64,000 nucleotides of DNA from Hypanus sabinus (Eukaryota), in contig NC_082717.1 of assembly GCF_030144855.1 (NCBI RefSeq), positions 21,948,001-22,012,000 on the forward strand. The letters are read 5' to 3'. The position numbers and the translations under genes were made by a program. Positions 1-12,106 of this stretch are shown here, one piece after another (position 1 is the stretch's first letter; every line of letters begins with the position of its first letter). The notes below the pieces were generated by a model. It was not told the DNA's origin. It saw nothing but the letters and a program-made list of their open reading frames with translations, and did no database searches.

Positions 1-229
1 GCAACAAAAAGCCAGGAAAACAGAACCAACGTTTGTATTACCTACAGAGAGAAAACCAAATTCAATTGTCTTTATACTAAAACATTACCCATCTGCCGGG
101 CGATAAGCGCTATGTTTTGTTTTAAGTGAGTTTTCCCAACTTCTAAACTTTATCCTACCTATTTTACCAGTTGCAATTAGCTTCCAAATACCAGATACTC
201 ACTCTTTATGCGAGTTGCTTAAGTTTTTC

Positions 230-780
230 TCGCACCACTTTCTGCACTCTACAATTCTGGTTCATTTCATCCGCAACTGCGTAACCACAGGACTGTCGGA
301 GACTGGGGAGCAGCGGGCGTAGGTTTCGCATTGCATTCCGGGACCTGTAGTAATGTAGGGGAAAGAAAGAACTCCCGTTCCCACACCATCGGGAAACGAG
401 GCGCGGAAAACTTCAACTCCCAGCACGCCTTTCGGCCGCTCACGCAGACGGGCGTAACCAGCGACCCGCCACGGTGCAGATGGAGGGAAAGGGGAAGTGC
501 AACCTCTAACGGTTTAGGACCGGGACCCTGCTCTCGGCGGCGAAAGCGTCTGCTGGCCCATCACTAAAAGAGCTCTAGTCCCACCACATCATGGTCGTTC
601 ACGTTTGTAATCACGGTTGCTAATGATTCGCCGAAGGGGGGGGAGGGGGATTGGAGTCAATTCCGGCCCAATGGTGAGGCTGTTTCCATGGGAACTAAAA
701 CGTAACCGGCCAGTGGAGTTGTCAATCACTGCTCGAGCCCGAATAGCTTGCCCTGGGATTGCAGGAACTTTTACTCGGGA
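230..780. promoter_or_regulatory. CpG-rich promoter of an unidentified neighbouring gene (ZNF143/Staf motifs, RFX X-box, CCAAT boxes)
   Basis: ACTACAGGTCCCGGAATGCAATGCG (minus, 351-327); ACTTCAACTCCCAGCACGC (410-428); weaker copies at 370-390 and 571-590; ATTGG 650, CCAAT 668; GTTTCCATGGGAAC 682-695. Confidence 0.7.
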
Positions 781-1009
781 TGTCTCTTCCACAATTTTTA
801 TATTGTTTAAAAAAAAAAGTTGTTCAGAGTTGAAGGCCTGAAATGTGAATACAACTTAACTTTACAGAGAACCTGTAGAGTATTTCTTTTTGCTCTTTAA
901 AAATGCTCTTCTTTTCTGTGGGGCTTTTCTTTACCTTGCTCTCAGTTTTTCTTCATGGTGCACAGACATGTTGGGTTAGTCTAAGTCCTACTCACTTGAC
1001 TTGGAGCAT

Positions 1010-3572
1010 CAAGCAATCAAATGTCGCCCATTTTATCTGCTGAGTTTTCTGCCATCATTCTAGAAGCAGTGTGCATTCCACCTCAGCCTAACATAATGCA
1101 GCCACTTGAGGAGCTGGGTACGGTAATCAGCAAGCACAAAAGAGTGCACCCTGATGTTTTCCCTATTGTTGCGGGGAAATTCCACCAGGACTGCTTGAAG
1201 AAGTCTCTGAACATCTAACACCAATATATCACCTGCAGAACCAAAAGCCAACATACTTGACCACTGTTATACCACCATCAAGAGTACTTAATCATACCAT
1301 CCCACACCCACCTTGATAAATTAAAGACCACAGCATCAGTGGTGAGGACCAAGAAGGTAAGGTCAAGGAAGGCGAAGGAGCACTTACAGGACTGCTTTGA
1401 GTCAGTGGACTGGACAATGTTCAGGGATTCATCTTCAAATCTGAATGAATACTTAAAAGTTGTCACTGACTTCAAGACCTGTGCAGATGAGAGTGTGCCT
1501 GCACATATCCAAACCAAAAGCCATAGATGAACCAGAAGATTCAGTAGTCTGCTGAGGACTACATCTGTGGCATTGAAGTCCTGTGATCCAGAACTATACC
1601 AGAAATTCAGGTACAACCTATGGAAGGCTATTTTCAGAGGGAAAAACAATTCCATTTGAGGTTGGAGACAGAATTGGATAGATGTCAGCTCCAGCAGGGT
1701 TTGCAGGCCATTATTTCCGACAAAGCAAAATCTTAACTTCATAAATGGCTGTGATACTTCACTCCCAGATGAACAATTCTCTTTTGAAAGGGAGAATAAA
1801 ACTGCACCTGTGCAACTCCCTGCAGTATCTGGTGATACTATGATCTGTCTTGGAAGCTGACACCTGAACCTCTTTCTGGAGGGCGAACCCTCACAAGGTG
1901 TCAACTCCTGATAGTGTACCAGGTAGGGCTCTGAAAACCTGTGCCAACCAACTGGCAGGAGTGTTCAAGGACATCTTCAATCTCTCATTGCTACACTCTG
2001 TGGTGAACTACTTATACCTGTCTGGACATCCCCCGCCCCCCACTGCTGACTGGTCCTGTGGCTCCTCCCACAGACCCCTGTATAAAGGCGATTGGAGGCA
2101 CTGCTCCTCCCTCAGTCTCCAGGATGTTGTGTGATGGTCTCTTGCTGCTGACAGTGCTTTCTTCCAGCTAATAAAAGCCTATCTCGCCTCACATCTCTGA
2201 GAGTTATTGATGGTTCATCACAGTCAGAGGTTCCCACTTGCTTCAAAAAAGCAACAATCATACTAGGCCCCAAGTAAAGCAGGGCGAGCTGTCTAAATGA
2301 CTACTGCTCAAAGCCACTCAAATCTACTGCGATGAAGTGCTCTGAGAGATTGGTCATAGCCAGCAACTCCTGCCTAAGCTAGGGCTAGACCCACAGCAAT
2401 ATGCTCATTACCACAATAGATCAACAGTAAATGCAATCTCACTGGCTCTCCACTCAGCCTTGGATCACCTGGACAATTGTAATATCTGTGTCAGGCTGTA
2501 ACTTATTGATTAAATCTCAGCGTTCAGCACTGTTATACTCTTAAGTTCGAATCAACAAACTCCAAAATCTGGGCTTCTGTAACTGGCTTCCTTATTGGGA
2601 GACCACAGTCTGAGTGGATTAGAAATAACATCTCCTCCTCGCTGACAATCAACAATGGCAAACCTCTTGGCTGCATGCTTAGCCCACTGCTCTACTCCAT
2701 CTACACCCATGACGGTGTGCCCAGGCACAACTCAAAAAGCATCTGTAAACTTGCTGATGACACAACTATTGTTGGCAGAATTTCAGATGGTGAGAAGAAG
2801 GCATAGAGGAGTGAGATAGATCAATCGGTTGAGTGGTTTCACAACAACCTTGCACTCAATGCCAGTAAGACCAAGAAATTGGTTGAGGACTTTAACAAGG
2901 ACAAGTTGATGGAAAACACACTAGTCTTTATCAAATGATCATCAGTAGCAAGGGTGAGTAGTTTCAAGTATTTAGAGTCAACAATTCTTTAGATCTATCC
3001 TGGGCCCAACATATTGATGCAATTACAGTGGCTATATTTCACTAGGATTTTGAGGGAAAATGGTATGTCACTCACAAATATCTACAGATGTACTGTGGAG
3101 AGTTTTCTATCTGGTTGCATTACTGTCTGGTATGAAGGGGTCACTGCACACGATCAGAAAAAGCTGCAAGAAGTTGTAAACTCAGCCAGCTACATCGGTG
3201 CACTAGCCTTCTCAGCGTCAAGGACACCTTCAAAAGATGATGGTATCCATCATTAAGGCATTAAGGACCCCTATCAGCCCTCTTCTCATTGCTACCATCA
3301 AGGAAGAGGTACAGGAGCCTGACGACACACGCTCAACATTTCAGGAAGATATTCTTTCCCCCTCCATCAGATTTCTGAATGGACAATGAATCTATGAACA
3401 CTACCTCACTTATTTTCTTCTCTCCCTTAGCACTACTCATTTAAATTTTTATATACAGTACATTTCTTATTGTAATCTATACTTTTTATTATTATATATT
3501 GCAACAAATTGTTGCTGCAAAACGGCAAATTTCATGGCATGCCTGTAATTTTAAACCTGATTCTGATTGATT
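1010..3572 (+). mobile_element. Degenerate Rex1/Babar-like LINE (RT fragments), interrupted by a solo LTR
   Basis: LQDCFESVDW and KTCANQLAGVFKDIFNLSL fragments; KLADDTT RT motif at about 2747; (GATT/CTGATT)-type 3' tail; many stops and frameshifts. Confidence 0.8.
1999..2220 (+). mobile_element. Solo LTR (family A), TG...CA
   Basis: TGTGGTG...CATCA; TATAAA and AATAAA inside; near-perfect 5-bp TSD CACTC/CAGTC; homologous to 52433-52648. Confidence 0.85.
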
Positions 3573-5589
3573 CTTGTATCCATTATATGTGGATTTCTCA
3601 GTTTCAGCAACTTGCTCAGACTCTGCCTTATTCCACATCGAGTTCCATTGAAATTCCACCCTTCACATTTTGGGTCCACCCACTATAACAGATACTGCAC
3701 TTCGCAGCACTTTCTGCCTGTACTCAATTTCCGTCTTCACTGTCTCACTCCTTCTCAAACTGTTCTGGCCAGCGGTTCAATTTCATCTCTCACATCATTT
3801 TGCATTCTATTTTAAAAATGATATTTCTTCTTTTTACACTAGCAGCCAATGGTCTGAAATAAAAATAACAATCCATTTTCTCTCCACAGAACCTGCCAAC
3901 ATGGTTGATTATTTCCAGCATATTCAGTTTCTATTAAATGACAATCCTTTAGATTGACATTTAATATAAACCATGTTAGTGTAACCTGATCCTGGGGGGG
4001 GGGGGGAATCTTCAGCTGATCACCACAGCGAAAGCAAAATGCAAAGACGTTTACCTATTTGAACAAAGTGTCCAATGGAGAAAGCCCATAAACTAACAAA
4101 CTTCCATTTTTTTGTTATTGTGCTGTCACCATTATGTGACCTTTTGCTATTCATGTTACTGGAGTTTGAAAACAATAGGTATTTGCTGAGCACTTTCATT
4201 TCACTATATTCAAAATACTTGCTCAGAAGATGTGTGCATGTATACACATAATAGACAAGTTATAAGCAAGAATCAACCAAAGTTCAAAGAAAAATGATCA
4301 AAGTACATATATGTCACAGTACAGAACCCTGAGATTCATTCTCCTGTGGGCATTTACTGTGACTACAAGAAACAATAAGAATCAATAAAGACTGCATCCA
4401 ACAAGACAGACACCAATGTGCAAAAGTCAACAAATTTGAAAGAAATAATAAGAAATTTTTAAAAATTAAGCAATAAACACTTAGAAAATAAGATGAAGAG
4501 TCATTGAAACATAGGTTATGGGAATAGTTCAGTATTGGGGTGAGTGAAGTTATCCCCTCTGGTTCAAGAGCCTGATGTCTACAGGATAATGACTGTTCCT
4601 GAATCTGGTAGTGTGGGTCCTGAAGTTCCTGTGTCTTCTTCCTGGTGGCAGCAGCAAGAAGAGAGATGGTGTGGGTTCTTGACAATGGATGTTACTCTCC
4701 TGTGACATCACTTTCTGTAGATTTTACTTATTTATTGAGATACAGCAGAGAATAAGCCCTTCTGGCCCTTTGAGCCAAGCTGTCCAGCAATTCCCCTGTT
4801 TAATCCTAGCCTAAACATGGGACAATTTACAATGGCTAATTAACCTAACAACCGGTATATCTTTGGACCGTGGGAGGAAACTAATGCATTCATGGGGAGA
4901 ACATACAAACTCCTTACAGTCAGCAGCGGGAATCGAACCCGGGTCACCTGTACTATAAAGACTAACCAGCATGCTACCGTGGTGATGTGCTCAGTGATGA
5001 GAAGGGCTTTACCTGTGATCGATTGGGCACCCAAAGTATCTGGACACTGTTTAATAAAATCAAGTCTGATTTGACTGTACAGTACTCAGATCTGCAATCC
5101 TGCCCGTGTCAATAACATTTCATCTACTCTCTTGTATAGAATATATCCACTATATCCACCTCTGTCTTAAAAATATTCAGACTCTGTTTCTGCCAAAATT
5201 TGATAGTTGCAAATGTTTATCCCTGCAGAGAAGGGATAAGTTTCCCCTTTTTTATCTTCCATGTATGACCCCTTAGTTCTATATGCTCCCACAAGAGGAA
5301 GCAAAATCTACATGTTTACTCTGTCAAAACTCATCAGGACTTTATTTCAATGAAATCACTATCCTAAAACACCTAAAGTTACAAGCCCAGCATTTCAAAC
5401 AATTCATCAATTAAGATTAACTGCCCATTCCACGTTTCAGTCTGGTAAAACATCTCTGAATTGCTTCAAACACACTTACATCCTGCCTTGACAGTACTCC
5501 AGCTGCTGTCACCCTAATGGCATATATAATTGAAACTATCTCTGTCCATTTACACTCAGTTCCCTTTACAATAAAATGAAAACATTCTC

Positions 5590-5800
5590 AAAATGATGGA
5601 GGAACTCAGCAGCTCAGACAGCATCTGTGGAGGAAAATGAACAGTCAACATTCAGCTCAAGACCCTTCCACCCAGCCCCAATGAAGGGTCTCAGCCTGAA
5701 AACTTCACTGTTCGTTTCCCTTCATATGTGCTGCCTGACTTGCTGAGTTCATCCAACATGTAAGTATGTGTTGATCCAGATTTCCAGCATCTGCAGTCTC
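5590..5800. repeat. Fold-back (head-to-head) Penelope terminal-repeat element
   Basis: Left arm GGAGGAACTCAGCAG...GACCCTTC is the reverse complement of right arm GAAGGGTC...TGCTGAGTTCATCC. Confidence 0.75.
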
Positions 5801-6399
5801 TGTTGTGTCTCAATGAAAGCACTGTTTGTTTCCTAATTACTTGTCTCTGTGGACTAATCTTTTGCAAATCATGTACTAGGATCAGATTCCTCTGCAAATA
5901 CATTTTACTTACAATTTAGAGCTTTCTTCCCCCTTCAGACAAATGAACAATTTCACATTTAACATTATACTCCATTTGCCATTTGCTTTATGTTTGTCCA
6001 CTTACTTAATCTACCTCATGTCCTCTTCAAAACTTAATTTCATATCTGTTTTTGTATCATCAGAAAAGTTAGCAAACTTGTCTTCTGATCCTTCATCTGT
6101 CATTTACATAAATTGTATGATGTGCCCCTGTGGCACGTTACTCATTACTATGCCAGTCAGGAACTGACACATTCATGCCAACTATCAGTTTCCTGTTCGC
6201 CAGCAAATCTTCTGTCCACAGCTACGACCCCCTACTTAATGAGTTTTCATTTTCCCACAACCATCTTTGATGTGCCATCTATCAAATGCCTTCTGGGAAT
6301 CTAACCACATCTTTATTCCAAAGTTGGAAGTGTGGGCCCCCAACAGACAATTTTAAGAGCATGTTTTCAAACATAATAAATTACCTATAGTCTTGGATA

Positions 6400-6820
6400 T
6401 AATAAGAACCCAACCTGATTGCATGAATGTCAATTTCTCCAGGTTGAAAAAATCACACCCCACCCCCCCCCCCCCCCCCCCCACCGGTCCTCTTTCTCTT
6501 TTCCCCATTCTGGCTTTTTACCTCTTCTCACCTGGCTATCACTTCCACAGGGTCTCATCCTCCATCTCTTTCTCCTATGATCCACCTCTATCAGATTCCT
6601 TCCTCGCAGCCCTTCACCTGGCTTTCCCTATCCCTTTCAGCTATTCTCTTTACCTGCCCACCTTTTTATTCTTCCCCCTTCCTTTTCAGTCCCGAAGGGG
6701 TCTCAGCCCCAAATATCGACAGTTTATTAGTTTCCCTAGATGCTGCCCGATCTGCTGAATTCCTCCAGCATTTTGTGTGTGTTGCTTTTGGATTTCCAGC
6801 ATCTGCAGTCTTTCTCATGT
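6400..6820 (+). mobile_element. Penelope-like 3' fragment with terminal repeat
   Basis: QPDCMNVNF (GIY-YIG C-terminus), pyrimidine-rich spacer, then GGGTCTCAGCCC...GATGCTGCC...CCTCCAGCATTTTGTGTG. Confidence 0.75.
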
Positions 6821-9502
6821 GTATGATTTTATATTTTGCAGAGGACACTAGGCTCGGCAACATGAATAAACATAACAATATGAAATGAGGTCGACAGGCA
6901 GATGCAATTTAATTTAAAGTCATTCACAACATCGAAATGAGTACTTTTTAACTAGAACTATTCATAGGGATTGGGTGCATGCAGGAGCTTATTACATTCT
7001 TTGTCCTATCATGAACAAAGACACTGAGTCATACCTTAGAAAAATGAAAATGATTTTAGTTGTTAGAGATTGATCATCACAGTACCAGAACATTAAAAGT
7101 GGTCCTGTGGACAATGTCTCAGGGCCAACTATATTCAGCTGTTCCATCAAGAGAAAATGATGTAAACATCCAGCAGTAAAAAGCTTGTCTTCCAAACTGT
7201 ATACAGATCAAATTATTATACAGAACATTGAGATGGAATAATGTAGTGTAGAATAAAGTGGAAAAGCTACTGATAAGAGCACAGTGCAGGCAAACAATAA
7301 CGTGCAAAATCAGAATGAGGTAAATTATGAGGCCAAAGTTCCATCTTATGATTCAAGGGGTACTTTCAAGTACCGATTAAGAAGGAAGCTGTCCTTGAGT
7401 CTAATGGTATGTGCTTTCAGGCTTTTGCATCTTCTGCCCAATGGAAGAAGGTATCCTGGGGTCCTTGATTCTGCTGGCTGCTTTACTGAGGCTGCAAGAA
7501 GTATCAATGGAGTCTACTGATGTAGTTAGGAGCATGTGCACAACCTCACCCCTCCCAACTCTTTTTCTGAAGTCAATGACCAGTTTTGATTTTTGTTTTG
7601 CTGACATTTAAGGAAAAGTTGTTACCTTGACACCATGTTACATCACTGTAATTTTTGTAAAGATGTGATAAGCTCAAGACCCAATATTGGTCTTCATGGA
7701 ACTGCATGAAAATTTTGCCAACCTGAAGATACTGTTACTAGTTTGCCTTTCCTCCTGTTTCTGTCCTTCAATGTTATCTTCAGCCATCTAAGCTTTGCAT
7801 GCCATATTTATTGGGTATCCTGATATCTAGTTACACTACATCCAATGGTTCCCTTAATCTACCCTGCTTGTTACCTCTACAACCAAAAACTCTATTTTCT
7901 CCCCCACAAAGTTAACTGTGCATCTTTCTGTTAGGCTGGATCATGCCGATGGCTAGCCAGCAGCATCCATACAGAACTTCTGGTTTGTGGCAGTGTATGT
8001 GTGTCAGCAGATTCTGCATCTATGCTCTGCAGTACATCAGTAGAAGACATGCTAGAGGACAGATGCAGGTGCATCTAAACCCTGTCCTGGATTAAGTTGT
8101 ATTGATTGTACTGATTGATCTGAGCTGAGAAGCTAGATACCTTTCATACTCAATCCCTCAATTGCATTTAGAAATACCCTATTATGTTAACTGGGAGCTG
8201 CTGACCTTCAATTAAATGTTATTTTAATATTAATACTTTAATTTAAAACCATTAACCGTGTTAATTGAATTTGTTGTTTAACTAGAACAATGAATATGAG
8301 ATGTGACGACACCCTTAGGCCTAGTTACTCGTTGCTGCCACTCTTCAGTACAATTGCAATGATGGAGCCTTATTTGTTGGAAGCTATGAGGTCACATAAG
8401 TTTAGTATACGTAATAGTGTAGCCACACATCTTGTGTACCAAGGCATGGGAGGTATAATGAAGGTGACTGTGAAACACAGGCCAGCAGATTCCAGTCCTT
8501 TCCATGTTCTTAATGATGATTTTACATTTTCTCTACAGCTGTCAGCCTGATTTCCATCCCATCAGTAGAGATGTAGCATTTGCTGCTTTTCCAGTTCAAC
8601 TCGGAATGCAGACTACTGTTTAGAAGTAGCAGATTTTAATTCCCTTAGTATTTTCCACTATTTTCCCTTAGGTATTAATTACATATAATTCCTCACAGTC
8701 ATTCACCATTTCTTTTCCTTTTCTACAAATATTATTCCTTTTTCTGCTGTGAAATAAAAATATGAATGTGGTCTAGTCTCTACAATGCTGAGATCCAACA
8801 CAACACCCCAAGCCTGCTGTCAGACTCTACATTCTTGCTTATAAATTCACCTTTTGGTTTGCCTCTCACCATCTGTACAAACTATTCTCAACCTTTACCC
8901 TCACCAGCACTCTGATCCTGATCTTGCTCTCAAATGCAAATCCCCACAAAACTTTGCGTTCCATCTCAAATGGCAGAATATTTAACTTGTCCCTAGGTCA
9001 CTAAAGCTGTAAAACTTTTCTATCTCAGTTCTATAAAACTACCTCTTAGACCATAAAATAATAATCTAAGTATAAATGAGTTATCCAGTTAACTGTCACT
9101 GTTTAACATAGCTGTACATTATCCATGATCTTCACTCCAAGTTGAAACACAGTAATTGTCCGAAGCATTTTAAAATGTAATATTAATAACTGATATCGTA
9201 AGTATGTATAATTTAACCTAATACAGTCGTAGAGCACTGCAGTACAGAAACAGGAACTTTGGTCCATCCGGTTGACTCTGAACTGTTATTCTGCAGTCAA
9301 ACTCACACCTGGACCTTGGTTCTCCCATCCATGTACTTACCCAAACTTTTCCTAAATGTTGCATTCTGCCCTTCCACTGGCAGCTCGTTCCACACCCATG
9401 CCACACTCAAACTGAAGAAGCTCCCCCTCAGGTTCCCCTTAAAATTTTCACTCTTAACCTATGACCTAAAACACTGCAAGTAATCAAGACAATGTAACAA
9501 TA

Positions 9503-10147
9503 ACAGCTGTGCAGGTTGATTCTGTGGTTAAGAAGGCGTATGGTGTATTGGCCCTCATCAATCGTGGAATTGAATTTAGGAGCCGAGAGGTAATGTTGCA
9601 GCTATATAGGACCCTGGTCAGATCCCACTTGGAGTACTGTGCTCGGTTCTGGTTGCCTCACAACAGGAAGGATGTGGAAGCCAAAGAAAGGGTGCAGAGG
9701 AGATTTACAAGGATGTTGCTTGGATTGGAGAGCATGCCTTATGAGAATAGGTTGAGTGAACTCACCCTTTTCTCCTTCGAGCGGCAGAGGATGAGAGGTG
9801 ACCTGATAGAGGTGTATAAGATGATGAGAGGCACTGATCGTGTGGCTAGTCAGAGACTTCTTCCCAGGGCTGAAATGGTTGCCACAAGAGGACACAGGTT
9901 TAAGGTGCTGGGAAGTAGGTACAGAGGAGATGTCAGGGTTAAGTTTTTTACTCAGAGTGATGAACGTGTGGAATGGGCTGCCAGTAACGGTAGATGAGGC
10001 GGATATGATAGGTACTTCTGGATAGGTACATGGAGCTTAGAAAAATAGAGGTAAGCTATAGGTAAACATAGTAATTTCTAAGGTAGGGACATGATCGGCA
10101 CAACTTTGTGGGCTGAAGGACCTGTATTGCACTGTAGGTTTTCTATG
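9503..10147 (+). mobile_element. CR1 LINE 3' fragment
   Basis: ORF LYRTLVRSHLEYC...RGDLIEVYK, typical of the CR1 ORF2 C-terminus, followed by a 3' UTR. Confidence 0.9.
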
Positions 10148-11842
10148 TAATATCAAGTTTCTGGCTCTTGCTTGGAAATTAAACCTCTTGCGAGAAATTT
10201 GGAAACACATGGAAAAAAATTCTGTAGAATTAGAAAATATCAAAAGCATGTTTCAGCATGTTGATTTTCTCTGACTGACAAAGCATAGCTCTGAACAGGT
10301 ACAATCCTTTGAACAATTCATTATACCATTTTACTTGCTGAAACGCAAGGAGATGTGAATTGGTTTACTTCACCCCCCAAAATTAAAACTGTAGCAATTT
10401 TTCATAAAATTCACTGTTTGTGAGATTGCACCGTACAGAGTGTCTACTGGTTTTGTTTAACAAGGAACTACAAAAATATTTCAAACACAAAATCTGAAAT
10501 AGTGTATTGGAAATCTGCAATGTTTGTGGATAATGACAATATCAAAGATGTTGTTTCAGGGTGATGCCCAGAACTGAAAGATCCTTAGGATGGAAAATGA
10601 AGGAAAGAGGCACTTGAAGTACAGCTTCAAGAAAAACTCCAGTACTGTGCTTCAAAACTTAATTTGATCCTTTTCAATTAAAAATATTTAAAAATTAATG
10701 CACACTTTCCTGTAGAAAACTGAAAGCAAAACAATTAAAGACTGATTTTATCTTATGTGGTTAAAGTCTATAATGTTATTTTAATTTCCAAAACCACTAG
10801 TGATAAGACTCATCAAAAATTTGAGTGATAAAATGTAAATTTTATACAGATAATATAAATGGAATTTTTTCCACAAAATGCTAGCATCTTCTGCAGAAGA
10901 TGTGTGTGGGGAAATCATTAGGTGTTGTAAGATAACTTGATAAATTGTGTTACATCAGGCTGCATTCACTATTCGTACCAGAAAAAATGCTACAACTGAT
11001 TTCCAAATGTTATTAATCTGGTGGCAATCATACATAGCAGGAATGAGATCTATGGTCAGCATTAAAAAATACTTTTTTAAAATATACAGTATTTTAACTT
11101 TCAGTGGGTTTCTAAATGATCCCTCCATCATAAAGAGTTGAATGTGCCTTTGAAGTGTGATAAAAATATAGTGGAGATATGATTTCTTCATTTAAATATG
11201 CTAAAAGTGTGCAAATTTAAACAAAAAAGTTATTCAGTGTAACTGGGTAATTGAAACACTGAAAAAAATTGAAAAGATACTAAGTGAATAGTGTCATTCC
11301 TAGCATTAATGATTCAATTATCTTGATTTTACAGGATACGAGAAACAGCACTTAATTATTCACTGAGATAAATAGCCATTAAAATGACCAATTGCTAAAA
11401 TCTGAAAACATATTATTACATTAACTCTCTCAGTATCAGAACTGCCATAAATTTACTCATGATTGCTAAATGCATCAGATAACAAATCTCTCTTGCCAGA
11501 ATATCCACATGGATTATTTATCTCATATGTCCATGATATCATTATCAATTGCCACTCAACAGCGAACCTTTTAGTTTTCATAATATACCATGATTATTAA
11601 TTTAGTAGCGCAGTATCTATAACAAAAGGCACTTAATAAAATGAATCAGCACAATAACCAGAGTTCCCATGTACTTGTATTTAGTTACTAATTGTTTTGT
11701 GCCTTCGGAAGCAGTTCAAATGTATGCAATACAAAATTAGAAGTCATATTACCTAGTCTTGACTGCTAACATTTGCACTTAAATACTGTGTAAGTTCTCT
11801 TTCCAGTCAGAGCTTTCCAAACAGTATACTTTTCCACACGTA

Positions 11843-11848
11843 TTTATT
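11843..11848 (-). terminator. Candidate MOCS3 polyadenylation signal AATAAA
   Basis: TTTATT on the + strand about 100 nt downstream of the stop codon. Confidence 0.5.
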
Positions 11849-11948
11849 GAAATACAACCATTTGCAACACATTGAAAGTTTAGTATACTTTAGGCAATAA
11901 TTTTGAAAAGTTACATGATTTCTTTCACTTTTCCCCCCTTCCCAGCAA

Positions 11949-12106
11949 TCAATACTGTGGGAAGGCTGGATCAATCTTTTGAGACCAGGCCATCAATCCA
12001 CCCTGAATATCCTTCACCGACAATGAGCAAAGCTCGTTGCTTAACATCTCCTGCAGGATTTTGACAGCCTTCTGTGAATCATTTCCTTGTTTACAGATAA
12101 CATAGA
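11949..12106 (-). CDS. MOCS3: MOCS3 exon 13 coding part ([18 protein letters not shown]...[21 protein letters not shown])
   Basis: Rhodanese active-site Cys loop, GGLxAW and terminal FPQY-stop; 158 nt. Confidence 0.98.

Noticed and set aside
4994-5069. GTGATGA...CTGA as a C/D box snoRNA
   Set aside because: The C-box region is the reverse complement of a LINE 3' segment (similar to about 19840-19870), and there is no terminal stem.
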